A DNA stretch of 64,000 nucleotides from assembly GCF_964204645.1 (NCBI RefSeq), contig NC_134026.1, positions 705,950-769,949 on the forward strand. Direction: 5' to 3'. Below the pieces are notes generated by a model, which had not been told where the DNA came from, searched no databases, and saw nothing but the letters and a program-made list of their open reading frames with translations. A program made the translations under genes and the position numbers. The stretch is from Tubulanus polymorphus (taxonomy: Eukaryota; Animalia; Nemertea). Shown here one piece after another: positions 1 through 12,888 of this stretch. How positions within the stretch are numbered: position 1 is the stretch's first letter; every line of letters begins with the position of its first letter.

Positions 1-1521
1 TACGGTTTAGAAAGAGATACGACTCGACTTTGTTTGTGAAGATAAATTGGCATTCCACTCATATGAGTAACACTAATCCAACCTTCAGGTAATACTTCAA
101 ATGGATCATGACCTTTTTCTGAAAAAATTCCATTCGACGATACAGATTTTAATCAATATTTTTGAGTTTGGACATTTAGAAAGAGAAAAGGTATTGGCAG
201 AGAACGGTTTGATGATTGATATCCGGGTTCTTACTGATCAGAGATCAAGGAATCCAAAATATCCTGATATTTCCCCGACCCTTGACCAAAAGACATCATC
301 AGTAGGGGCTGTTCCTGATTTTCAAGAACTCAGAATTCTATGAATTTTCTGATTACACCTGATCTGTAAGAACTCTGGATAGACGCATTAAAACTCACCC
401 ATTAAAACAACTTTAGTTTTTTCAATAGGAAGAGTTGAACCGTCTTCGTTAGTTGTGCTATTATTCACATTGCCGATCGCTGATTCTAACATAGCGTCGA
501 TTTCTTCGGGATCAACGCCTTCATCGCTATCATCATCATCTTCATCATAATCATCACCTGCATCATCATTCGTCTGATTCTCATCCTCTTCAATGAATGT
601 CGATTCTAACTCATCCGTAGTTGTATCCTTTTCATCGATACTCATTTCCTGTGATTCAGACTTCACTTCATCATTACATTTCACTTCATCATTAGACTTC
701 ACTTCATCATTAGACTTCACCTCATTGTTAGTTTTTTCCTCATCACTTGATTTTACCTCATTCACCTCATTGTTAGTTTTCTCATTCACTTCATCGCTAG
801 ACTTCACCTCATCATTAAGCTTCACCTCATTGTTAGTTTTCTCCTCATTCACCTCATCGCTAGACTTAACCTCATTGTAAGACTTCACCTCATCGTGAGA
901 GGTAGCGATTTGACTCAAATCTAAAGCGGTTATTTCCGAGATATTCGTTTCATTCAAACTCTCATCTTTTTGATTTTCATCGCGAGATCCGAGTACCATT
1001 GCGGTGATAAGATCGACATCGTCATTTCGATATATCGAGTTATTATCCGAGGACGAATTACGAGAAAGTTCTCGATTCTTATTTCGTGTAAGTTCCTCGT
1101 TGACGTTCTGAATGATGTTCTGTAACGCTAAACAACCCGATTCGGAATCGGCGCGGATTCGTTTCGGGGGCGGCGGCTCGCTCGATGAATCGTCGGGACG
1201 TTTTTTCATTTGTTGTCGTTGATTGACAGATTCCGGTGATACGGAGAGCGGAGGCGGGGTTTCTATATGACGTACTTTACCCGTATCGCCACACGCAAAG
1301 TCCAAACCTTCATTTGACTGATTGGACATTTGCATAGGCAATGGAGGTGCGCTGAAGTTTAGAGGAGATGTTGGCAGAGGTGGATTGAAATTCAGATGAT
1401 CCGGAGATCCGGGTAACGGCGGCGGAGACTGACATATCTCAGTTTCGGGTAGCGGAGGTGGGTGGTTATCGTTATCCGGTATAGGTGGCGTTAGTTCACA
1501 TTCGGTATCACAGAGATCCAT
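1..1521 (-). CDS. DGCR8: Microprocessor subunit DGCR8/Pasha, 5' part (coding exons 1521-399 and 118-<1; continues off the window)
   Basis: Pro-rich/acidic N-terminus ending EEIDAMLE..EKTKVVLM|G with gtgag donor at 398; next exon after tttttcag reads EKGHDPFEVLPEGWISVTHMSGMPIYLHKQSRVVSLSKPY, matching the DGCR8 WW/Rhed region (human [32 protein letters not shown]). Confidence 0.93.
655..900 (-). repeat. Coding tandem repeat, ~18-nt unit encoding (N/S)DEVKS, inside the DGCR8 N-terminus
   Basis: Repeated gacttcacytcatc/ttagac units; translation NEVKSSDEVNEEKTNNEVKLNDEVKSS... Confidence 0.85.
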
Positions 1522-2741
1522 GTTTTAAATACACAATAGTCAAATACGTATAGCCTATGTGATTGTTATGCAGTGCTAGATGTAATAGTGAAGAAAAAGA
1601 CTTTATGAAGTACACTTAGACTCCACTAGTACAATGTACATTGCATAGATTTTTTATGCACACTAAGTTCAGCACACTTTATCAGGCTTTAGCTTTCGTT
1701 TCAAATGTCTGAATCCTTTAGTTTCATCACATGGGAACTCGACAATACTGAACTTCATCAAAAACCAAAATTACTGAAATGAGATCAAGGGTGACCATTG
1801 GAAGTTAGTTTAACCCTTTCAGTAGGTCAAATCATTGATGGTCAAACACACTTCGACACATTTAGTTATTAGTTTTTATCTCTATTGAAAGATGGCAACA
1901 CCTGTTAAACACGTGCGTCAACGCGCTGTTTTTTAGTCTGAAAGGGCCTAACACTGTTTTAGGATAAGATAGCAGTTTAGGCCGCTTTTGTTAAGCACAC
2001 CCCCATCTAAAGTACGATACGTGACAGCTGCCCTGGCAAAACATTTGTAGGTTTTTGTAGAAGTTAGTTGACTATTTTTGAAAGTGAAACCCATAAGTCA
2101 GTTAGTCAGTATGTGATTGAGCCCGGTCGCTGTATTTCAGACCTAGTTCCAAGGAAGCCAACATTGTGTGATATGCATAAGACCAAACTATGAAGCATTC
2201 GATCATTATTTCCGACCACTAGCCAACTACTTACCAAAACCAAAGTTTGCCCTGGCTGTTGTTACTATCCGATATGGAATGATGTAGGCCTAGTAGTTCT
2301 ATAGCAATTCTTTCAACACCTGGTCTACTACATCGTCCCATTAAGTAGTCACTCACGAAAGGGCTCTAACAATCTTAAGTGCCTATTTTGGAAATTGTAA
2401 CACTTCTTTCTCTCTGTTGAGTCTGAGCAATAAAATTGTATTTAAATTTTCATCCTTAATGATAGTACGTATTTTAGCGAGAAAGAAACAAAAAGAGAAA
2501 TTCTAAGATAAACCATTACATTGATTGTGACCATTAAAACATCTTAGTTATTGCGAGCGAATCAAAAACCTTACATATACACGGTATTCATCGATAAATC
2601 CGTCATTAAATCGCACAAATTATTCATTTATGCGGCATCTCACCGAGTCCGTGCCCGCATCCCAACCGTAAAAATATAGGAAACCCGGAAATGAAAGCGA
2701 GTTGAGGAAAAATCTATCTAAATCATTAAAATACACCTAAA

Positions 2742-3394
2742 ATGAACGCTCCACCAAGCTTTGAGTCATTTTTATTGTTCGAAGGAGAAAAGAAGTAAGT
2801 GAAGATATTTTGCATTTTAATCATTCCGTTCAAAATATCGAGTAAATACGTGTTTGATTGGAGCGTTTCGGTATTACTACTCGCTTGCCAGGGTTGGATT
2901 CGATTTTAAACAATACATACATTTTCAGAATTACGATTCAGAAAGATACGAAGGTTCCGAATGCAGCAATATTTACGATTAAGAAAGAGGATCATACCTT
3001 AGGGAATGCACTGAGGGGGTAAGGTAGCTAGAGATTTCACTATCAAATACTAGAAATATCAATGAGAAATAGCTAATTATGTGTTATTGGTTTTTAGGCA
3101 GTTGTTAAAAGATCCGCAGGTGTTATTTGCCGGATATAAAGTCCCACATCCTCTGGAACATCAGTTTGTGCTGAGGATACAGACATCACCGGACTACAGT
3201 CCCCAGGAGGCTTTCCAAAATGCGATTACCGATTTAATCAGTGAAGTTTCACTTTTAGAAGAACAGTTTAGGGTAAGCAGGAATCTGTTTAGCCAGGACC
3301 AGTTCAGCTACAGTTCCTCTCTTTTATTCTATTTGATGATCTTTTCTTGTAGGATGCGGTCAAGGAGAAACAGGAAGGAGATATCATGCTTTGA
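2742..3394 (+). CDS. POLR2J: RNA polymerase II subunit RPB11 (4 exons)
   Basis: Spliced [17 protein letters not shown]|[29 protein letters not shown]|[21 protein letters not shown]...EEQFR|[13 protein letters not shown]; GT-AG introns; head-to-head with DGCR8. Confidence 0.97.
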
Positions 3395-4140
3395 AATCGT
3401 CACAGCAGATCCATTATGAAAAATCCATCTTGCATTTCATTTTGTAGTGAATTCATAATTTGTGTAAATATTATACATATTTTTTTACAATATAATATAC
3501 ATGTTTATTCATAATAGAATTGTCAGTTATGTCTTCATGGATTCTAGATTTCCAGTTCATAGCTTTAGATCGGATCCAAGTCTGCTGATATTTTAACAAT
3601 TTCTGGATTATCGTTGATATAAATAATTCCTCAAGGAAGTGACAAAAAGGAATGAATTCAACCAGATGAATGTCTTTTTTGAATCAACAGATTTTTTTAT
3701 TCATACTTAAAATATCTTTTACATGGAATTTAATCAACAAAAAACGTGTAGATATATGTAAATTTACCTCAGGACGGTTTGATTTTGGCTTGATAACAAT
3801 TATGATAGCTGTAATATACTGGAAGACCAACATGTAGAAATAAAATCATACAAAGTTACAAGTATTTGTAATCTCAAAAATTATCAAATTAGGCACATTT
3901 TTACTATGGAATATCAGTTATCAAGGCATTAAGTATGGAAGGTACAGAATGGCATAAATTTTACAAAATAGACTTACGCAGACAAAATCCTATCTTTAGG
4001 GCCCTATACATTTTACATATGGTATATCAAAATTTTTGATGCACTCACTACTGCAATGAGCTGTCGGATTCCATTCACACTTAACGTTTATAGAAACAAT
4101 AATCTATGAAGGGCCAATGTAAGAACGTTATTACAGTTTC

Positions 4141-7100
4141 CTATAGGGCAATAGTAGAAGTTGTGAGGGAAGTGATTTCTTTTTGTGCTCCCGGTGGAAC
4201 ATCAGCTATCTCGCATGGCTCATCAGCACTATTTGGTATTTCAGGCAGATTCGATTGTTTTTTATTCTCTCTCATTTTGTGACTGTGCTCAATAAGTGAC
4301 AAACAAACGAACACCCAGTTATACAAGTGCTGAGCTGGGATCGAACCGTGCTTGGCTACATCTCCATGCGGTACATCTAGTGATAGAATAGAAATATCAT
4401 GCACTATCGTTGTGAAACACAGAAACAAAATCAATGGTCTATTATGGAAAATTTGATTCAGTGAAGTTATCAAGAAGTGAATGCAGAAATGTGAGATGAA
4501 ATCATGCGATGTTTGCGAGTGAAGATTGTCAGATTTTATAGAGCGTTGTGTGTTAACGTACCTGATAATGGCTTAGCTACAAGTTCAGCTGCTACGAGTC
4601 GCTTCTCTTCAGTCGGATCATAACTCATTACCATATGACTCAAATCAATGTTCACAAACTACAAATAAACAAAATGATGACATGATACAAATATAGAAGT
4701 AGAGAACACTGCTTCATTGTAAGAAACTGACCTGTTTACAGTTGCCCCAGTCATCAAAGATTCCCTCAGTAGCTTTCTCCGGGTAGAATATCGTCAGAAC
4801 GGCTTTGATGACGCTGTGAATGATTTTCGGCGGATCGTGATAACTACGTAATTCAGCGTAGGCTTTAGCGTCGAGGTTTGATACATTTTCTCGTAGATCT
4901 AACAACATTAGACGATCGAACAACACTTCAACGCTGTCTTCATCTCCATAGTAATCTGATTCTGAAATATATAAAGATTTTTTTTCGTGAATGCCCCGGA
5001 TGACTTTGCAATATTATCCATTGGAAACTCTTATATTCTAATCAGAAATTAATTCTTATTCTTTTAAGATACCTAATATTGTTCCTTCTTGTCCAGCTGC
5101 TTCTCTTAACACTTCCATATGTGCCATTTGTAACAACCTCAACATTTTCATCACCTCTTTGTTTTCAACTGCCGGTAATTTCTTCATGTCTCCGATGCTG
5201 ATGTCTACGACTCCGACAGCTTTGCCCAAATCGTCCCTCAACGGGAAAGTTAAATGTCGCTGTCCATAAGCGTGCGCTGATACGGATTCAGAATTATCTA
5301 CGGTCTTGAATAAATAATCTCTGTAAAAGTTGTTAGGATATTAAATGTTAGTTCTCACCAAGACATAACAAGGAGGATTTTTCTATTGAATTTTGCATAA
5401 CACAAAGTCACAGTGAATTTCATACTTATCGGGTACACAAGAACAATATCTATGGTTTTCATGAATTTGAAATCTAATAGCATAATCAATGCATTGATAG
5501 TTTGAAAGATGAAATTTATGTAATGAAGAAATAGGTATGGAACAAACATATAAACAAAGAAAGAACTGAATATCTGTTGCGAAATGAAGAGAAGCAAAAT
5601 GAAACATGCACAAAAGGGAAAAATATGATAATGTAAAACAAATACTGGTGTACAGTCGATATATTATAATAATTCTAGACAAATATTATATATCTTTCAC
5701 GGAAAAAGCTCAATTTAAACCGAGGAATGCCGTCTATAAATGTGAATAGATATTTCCTAAATAAACCATGCACTTTGAAAGTAACCTACCGGGTAGTTAT
5801 TTTCTAGTATATTGAAAAAAAGACCATAAATTGAGAAATTAAAAGATTTAGATTTTAAGAAAATGTTTTTCTACTTCAAATTTTGAAAGAAGAAATGAAT
5901 AACAAATGTTCGATGTACTTCATTAGAAAAATATAAACCAATCTAACATAAAGTGTACAAAATGAATTGAAAATATTCTTGAAAACTTATGAGTTTTTTT
6001 GAAGTACATGTAACATAAACAAAGCAAAGCAGATGATTGACAAGTACCGGTACATAGAGTACTTGTACACAAGAACAGGTAGCAACTATTTAATTTACCC
6101 TGGGGTACCTGATTATTGTCCTGTAATATCAAACAGCCCATGAAAATATATTACATTTCAATATCAACACATCAGAGAATATAACAGATATTTTATCTTC
6201 TTGAAAGACAGAAGATCAGACCTGATATCTTGTAGTATTTTCTAAAAAATGAAGAGTAATTTGACATCTAGAAACCATCTTGATTTTGAGATTATCGTAT
6301 TTTGCCATTTTTGGGACAAGTTGAGCTCTTTAGAAGAGTTGAATCTACTCACAAATAGAAGTCATAGTCAGGTCTTGAAAGACAGGCTCTTATGATCAAA
6401 TAAAGCTTTGCGTCTAGTGAAAAAATATTGATATTCTTCTTATTTCAAATACCTGAATAGATTATCCTTTCGTTCAAGTCGTTCTGGATTAGCGAACTGT
6501 ATCGTGTTTCCTTTCTCGTCTGAAACAGTCATTCTACGCAACACGTAATCAGTTGATTTACCATCGGGTTCAACCATATAAAACATCACCTCATTCACAC
6601 TAGGACTGCGATGTTTTATCCATGTAAGAGCACTTTCTACAATACGCAACATCTTCTTTCTGATGTCGACATGTTTGAAAGCTTGGCCGAATGATTTCGC
6701 GACACCCTACAAAATGACGAACACATTGAATAAAGCGTACGAAAATATAAATCAATCCATCTTCGTTAAAGCGACTAACCTGGAAAAACTGTATTTCGTG
6801 AGTGATGAAAATAGCTTTCGTTCTAGGATCGTTCACAGTATCAACATTCAACAAACCAAAAACTCTTTTCCTTTTGTCTTTCAGTGGAATAACTATCAGA
6901 GAACCTTCACGATCCTGAAATTAAAAATCGTTCAGATTGGAGATAAGTTCAATAAAATGCCTGAATACCGAGTGTACCAAGAGTATTGGTCTATTACTAT
7001 TATTACCTCTTCTGGTCTTTCTGTATTCCAGAACATAATATTACCATGATTGTTAACTCTTGGAACATGGATTGGTTTTCCACCTTCCACAGCAGCAAAA

Positions 7101-10100
7101 CTACAAGCAATATGATTTAAAGATCAAATCGAAATTATGCCAAACATAATTTGAAACAGTAATGTCAACATCTAAAACACAGACTTACCTTACACCTTTC
7201 ATATCTTTAAATAGATATTGTCCCAGTACATACGGAGCATCTTCAGGAGTTGCAGCCACATATCTCAACAACATTCGACCCCTTTCAGGTGCAGCATCAT
7301 TGCGTTCTAACATCGAAATATTGGCGCAAATCTTTTTATTGTCGCCGTGAGTTTCTGCGTCCTGAAACAAAATTCATTGTATGATATGATAAAAGATGCG
7401 TTTGTTTTAGTTTCGAGATTGTTGGAAACGGTACTTACCTTGTAAAGAGCTTGGAATACTTGTCTATAAACAGGCTCTAAACTAGCACCGCTTGTCTGTG
7501 CAGAGGCTACAATCTGGTGAAGCCATTTCTTTCTAGCTTGACCACGAATTCGTTCAATGTACGAACGCTAAAAAAAAGGAATAATTTACAACATTATTAT
7601 ATGAATATGTACAGGAAAATAAGGGCTGGTGCACGGAAACTAACCTCAATACTGGAAGTCAGGAATTCTACCAAGAATTCAAAAGCATCATCTCCTCCAG
7701 CCATTTCTTCAGAGGCGTATTCAAGGAAAGCTCGGAATTCTTTCTTGTTCAAATGATTGTCGTGGATTCTGAATTCTTTCTTCAATTTCTTTTTTCCTGC
7801 GAATCAGAAACCAAGAGTTATTTTTGATGAAAAGGACATCCCCCAAATGAAAATATCAAATATAATTGATTAGTATAACATACCTTTCTTGACGGCCTGA
7901 GATTCAATGCCACCTTTATATTTGTTCATTAGTTCCTCAACTTCTTCCAGTTCCAGGAAACCAGCAGCGTCATTATCCCATTTCTCGAACAAACCATCGG
8001 CGAGACCTTTCCTACGAGATAATTTCAATTCTCTCTGAGCCTAGAAAAAGACAGATGATATAATTACGCGTGCACGTCTCACAACTGGATCAGATTTTTG
8101 TAGTTCGAATAACACTGACCTTTTTGAGTCTTCGCATTCTCTCTTCTTCAGTTTCAGCGTATCCATCTTCTATCAGTTTGATAAGAAGGTTAAATGCAGC
8201 GTGTAATGGAGAATCACCGAGGAATGTCTCAGTAATCTGTACAAACTGTGATGTATTCAACGTATTCTCATCGAAGGCTGAAGCTTGTGATTGACTTCTT
8301 GACATTTGTGACATATTTGCTGTAAATCGAGATACGTAAAATGAGAACGATCGTATTTATTTGTACATATTTCACTTTTATCTACAATTTCTTACTTCGA
8401 TCTCTCTGTAACTGAAATGATGTTCCTTCGGCAAAAGTGACGGCACTTTGACGTCCGGGGAGCGCGCTTTGTGGTGCGACATCAACACCGGCAACTTGTA
8501 ATTCTGAAAAACAAACACAAATATATCGCAACACTCCACATCATTTGAAACATGAAGCTCACAGTTAAACAGTATTTTGTACCTGCTTCAGTTTTGTCTC
8601 TTAGTAAACTTTCATCAGCTTCTTTCTCATCCACATCTTCATTAGTCTTCTCTTTTTCAGTCGCATTTTCATCTGCAACGATTTTCTCTTCGCCTGCTTC
8701 CTCTGTTTGTTCTTCTAATTTTGCACCATCATCATCGGCTTTTTCAACTTTATCATCAATATCCTCTTTTTGATCAGCAAATTCCACTGATTTCTCTTTT
8801 TCAACAGGAATATTATCCTCAGGAACTACTTCAATTGTCTTTTCTTCATCAACAATTTCTTCCTGGGCCACATCATCCTTTCCTTCAGTCGATTCATCTT
8901 TATTCTCCTCAACATTTTCTTTGACACTTTCTTCTTCTTGTTGATTTTCCTGTTCTTCCTCCTTCACTTCGCTTTCTTCTACCACAGCCTCAGTTTCTTC
9001 AACTTGTGTAGAGTTATCATCAGTAGCTGTAACTTCCTCTTGTACGGTATCCGATTCCTCCGATGCTTTCTCAACATCAGCTTTTTCACCGGTTTCAGGT
9101 TTTTTTTCATCAGCTTCTGAAAACACCGACCACTTAAAACTTTCCATCCTGTACAGATTGTGGTATATTTCTGGTGTAGTAAAATGGAAATACATTGTAC
9201 TTACTGCTTTCTATAGTTTCAGTTTGTGGGATTTCTTTTGTTTCTACTTCAATCTCTGTTAACACAAATAATACCACATTGAATACAAATACATTGAACA
9301 AGGCTAACAGTCTAAAATCAAGCTCATACAATAAAATGACTTACGCTTACGCTTTTTCTTTGGCCGCTAAAATGAAAAGGCAATTTATCAATAGATCTGT
9401 GCATAAATTCCAAAATTACGGAAATTTACCATTTTTATCAAATAAATCTTACATCTACATCTTCATCATCACTTGCATCACTTTCTTCTTCATCCAACTG
9501 AATTACTGGCCCTAAAAAATAATCAGATTGTTGATTTAAACAATGAATCCTGAAAATGTTTATCGCATTTGTGTTTAATATTCTACTTACATCTTCTTGG
9601 ATTTCGCAAAGATTCTTGAACCATTTTTTGTGCAGTATCATAAAAATGTTCGAACAAGATAAGAATTCTGTGACGATCGAGAACTCCAGTCTAAAAATCA
9701 GTAAAATTCAGGCCATGAAATTGCAAATGTCCAAGAGAAATTTGGATGATAATGTAAGAAAATACTCTACTTACACTACCATTATCACAAGCTTTGAAGA
9801 CTTCATTAAGGATAAGTCTACGATGTTCCCTTTCGGATGCTGAGATGTATGCCTGGGCGCATTTATTTAAATGATCAATAAACTGATCAAATATATCGCT
9901 AGCCATTTCATCTGTATACTTCGACAAATACTGAAATATTACAACAGTCAATAATAGCTGATTATAAAGATGTAAGAAATTGATTATTGATCCGGTGAAT
10001 TAATCAAATATGTGTTAATTACCAAACAGAACTGATCCATTGACATGAGTCTTCCAGAATCATCAATTTCATCGAGCTCGTTGACAAATTTTGCTGCTTC

Positions 10101-11538
10101 TCTCAATTCTTCTGGTAATTTTGCTAATATTTCTTCGAATGATTTCAACGCACTTTGAATCTGGCAATGCAAATAACGTACAATACATATTAGGCCTAAC
10201 CCGGAACTACACAGTACCATATTTTTGAATATATAAGACTGTCTTTCAACAGCTTATTTCAATGCTATAAACATGATGACTTACAAGACATAATTCAACA
10301 CTTCCATCAGGTCCAACTTTCCATTCTAAGAACTGTTGTCTCAAAGCTTCCTGTTTCCTTTTCTTCTCGAGTTCCTTCATTTTCAATTGGATCTCTCTTT
10401 CCTCTCGTTTCTTTCGAGCATCGGCTTTCAATTTCGCCAGTCTACAATTGTATGTTTTAAACATGAATTTCCTCTTATCAGGCAATAAATGGAAAAACGG
10501 AAAGACAACTTTCGGAGCTTGTGAAGATTTGACACTAGCTTTCATATATGATTAAAAAAACCTGCCTATAACTTGCTATCCTAGTTCACCTTTGTTTTTA
10601 CTTAACTTACTACCCTCCCTCTGCAGGGAATTGAACCAATGTTTTTTTGTGGTTTTTAGGACAACTTTTAGTTTTCAGAGCTTGTGAAGATTTGACACTT
10701 TTTAGCAATAAACAAAACGTCTGCAAGTCTATAACTTACTATCTGCAGGAATTTGAACCCGGTGCAAGACTACAGTACAAACCCCTGCCTCATTATCCCG
10801 AGTATCCATAGCAGAGTCTTAATGCCATCACAGGATCAGGAGTATGATAACTTACCTATTTCCCTCGTAATCAAATAGATCAGATTTTAATTCTTCAGCC
10901 ACTTCTCTCATTGATCTCATGTAAGGCGACGCTTCACAGAAATTACTATAACGCGGGTTATTCCTCATGAGAAACTGCGCCAGGAAATTAATCGGATTAA
11001 AGTTCGGATCTGGTTCGGAGATATCGGCTAATCCACGCTTATCGACCTCCATTAACAATTTCTCTGTACCTAATACTAAAACCGGTAGCAGTTTATCAAC
11101 TAGGTACGCTCTTGTTTCCACGGTCGATGAGTCTTTATTCAACCATTGTTTGGCGAGAATCTCGACTGGTATTTTACGCGCTATTCGTCGTGCTTTATCT
11201 TTGATCGATTTTGTGTAATGTTTTTTACCGATTCGAAGTTCTTTTAATTTTTCCATCATTTTCTGCTCGTGAAAGTGCTTCCACCTTTTGACGGCTTTCA
11301 GAAGTAACGGATTCAGATGGTCGGGTACGTTGGTATAGCGACTGACAGGTCGACTCCCCAACGATACGGCGGGAGAGCTGATCATAGTTAGATGACGCCC
11401 AGTACCCGGTCGGGAACCAGTGACACCCGTCCCCGGTCGAGATGCTGTTTTTCGAGAACTCGGACGAGACGGACGCGAGTTAGGTCGAGATCCGTACAGA
11501 GACCTCGAACCCGAGGAAGCTACTTGAACATCAGCCAT
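4141..11538 (-). CDS. EFCAB5: EF-hand calcium-binding domain-containing protein 5 (multi-exon)
   Basis: [40 protein letters not shown] motif, spliced LRNPRR|WPVI, acidic linker, GAF-like exons ([10 protein letters not shown]), C-terminal [12 protein letters not shown] and [13 protein letters not shown]. Confidence 0.88.
10500..10830 (-). mobile_element. Two decayed tandem copies of a tRNA-derived SINE-like repeat in an EFCAB5 intron
   Basis: B-box-like GGTTCAAATTCC/GGTTCAATTCCC on the minus strand (near 10750 and 10630); duplicated gagcttgtgaagatttgacact and ctataacttRctatc blocks. Confidence 0.35.
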
Positions 11539-12069
11539 ACTTTACTTATACACTACCTGCAAAAAGGAAAAGCACATTATTACAAGTGCAGACAGCACAC
11601 TCAGCAGCAGCCTCTCTTGTTCTTTAGAGTACTGTGTCGTCCACGATCGCGTGTATATTATGACACAGGGAGGGGTGCGCTTTTAGGTGGTGCGCTCGGT
11701 CACCCTGCTAGTGGGGTGGCAGTGGCTCTGGACTCTGCCCTGGCTCGATCCTCTCTCTGAGCTCTCTCTCTCTCATTCTCAACTCAGTGGGATTTGATTC
11801 GAGAAACACTCAGTGAATGACATGTACATAACGATACCAAAGAATAAAACCGATTAAATTCTAAACTATCTAATGAGCATTTTAAGAAAGAACGCGATCG
11901 CTTACTTCTGATGCTGTAAATAAATGAGTCCAGAGTGAAAGTTTCAATCAACAGCTAGCCTGGCGGCCATGTTGTTTACATGTTGTCATGGGGCAGGTGC
12001 CCGTGTAGATGGCGCCTAATGACGGTAAAATATTCAAAATTTTCAAGATTTGCGTGATGAAAGTACAAG

Positions 12070-12228
12070 TCAGTGCCGAGTGACAAGTAGGTTCGAGTCC
12101 TGCTGGCTGCTTAGAGTGTGCGGGTAACACTTCAAAAGCTGTGGTCCCGTCATGAGATTAAACGAATAATCCAATAGGGTTTGTCTTGGAAAACCAAGTT
12201 CCAAACGACGTAAAGCCAAACAAACAAT
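12070..12228 (+). mobile_element. tRNA-derived SINE fragment
   Basis: A-box remnant GTCAGTGCCGAGTG, T-arm/B-box GTAGGTTCGAGTCCTGC, 3' tail GACGTAAAGCCAAACAAACAA; no complete cloverleaf. Confidence 0.6.
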
Positions 12229-12888
12229 ATTGGGTTGGGTCCTCACAATCAAAATGAAATATTAAGATTTTCATACAAAAATTTACATTTATTTGTCGTA
12301 AGACAATGCAAAAACATTACAATACCATGATTTATAACAATGATATGAACAATAGAATTATCATGCATAGTGAATATTGATTCGATGCATGAAAAGCAAG
12401 AAGCACAACACAACATTAATCTATCAGTAGCCTCAAAGTTCTGACTCATCCCTATGTGTCAGATATTATCATTTTATGAATTGTAGGAAGACATTTCAAA
12501 ATTTACAAGCAGGAATTAACGCATAATATCACTTACATTGAATCACAGAATAAAGTGACCCACTACAACATTATTAGCTGAATTGTAGAGGATTCTAAAA
12601 ATGTGTAAGAAAAGTAAAATTATTTTCTTTCTCCTGGAGACATTGATAATCCAGTGAATGGAAACAAAATTAAATTTTGTTCGATTAAAGATTTATCAAG
12701 AGATAGAAATAACCAACACACAGTGGCTTTAACTACAGTATCATCAGAGTAGACCGTGGATTAATAGATTATTGTTTTTACACTAATCCAGAACTCTGAT
12801 ACGAGCCCCTTGTGGCTTTTAACAGCTGTTTTTTAAGAGAGTAGTACTCAGGTAATATTGTCACTGATTTTAGACAACTAACATTTCA

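Noticed and set aside
593-880. 95-aa plus-strand ORF with LDFTSS repeats
   Set aside because: Antisense shadow of the DGCR8 coding repeat
5322-5345. ATCCTAAC near an EFCAB5 acceptor as a U12 branch site
   Set aside because: The matching donor is GTATTT, not RTATCCTT; ordinary U2 intron
12070-12112. Possible tRNA-Ser/Leu gene
   Set aside because: No D or anticodon arm; followed by a SINE-like body and tail
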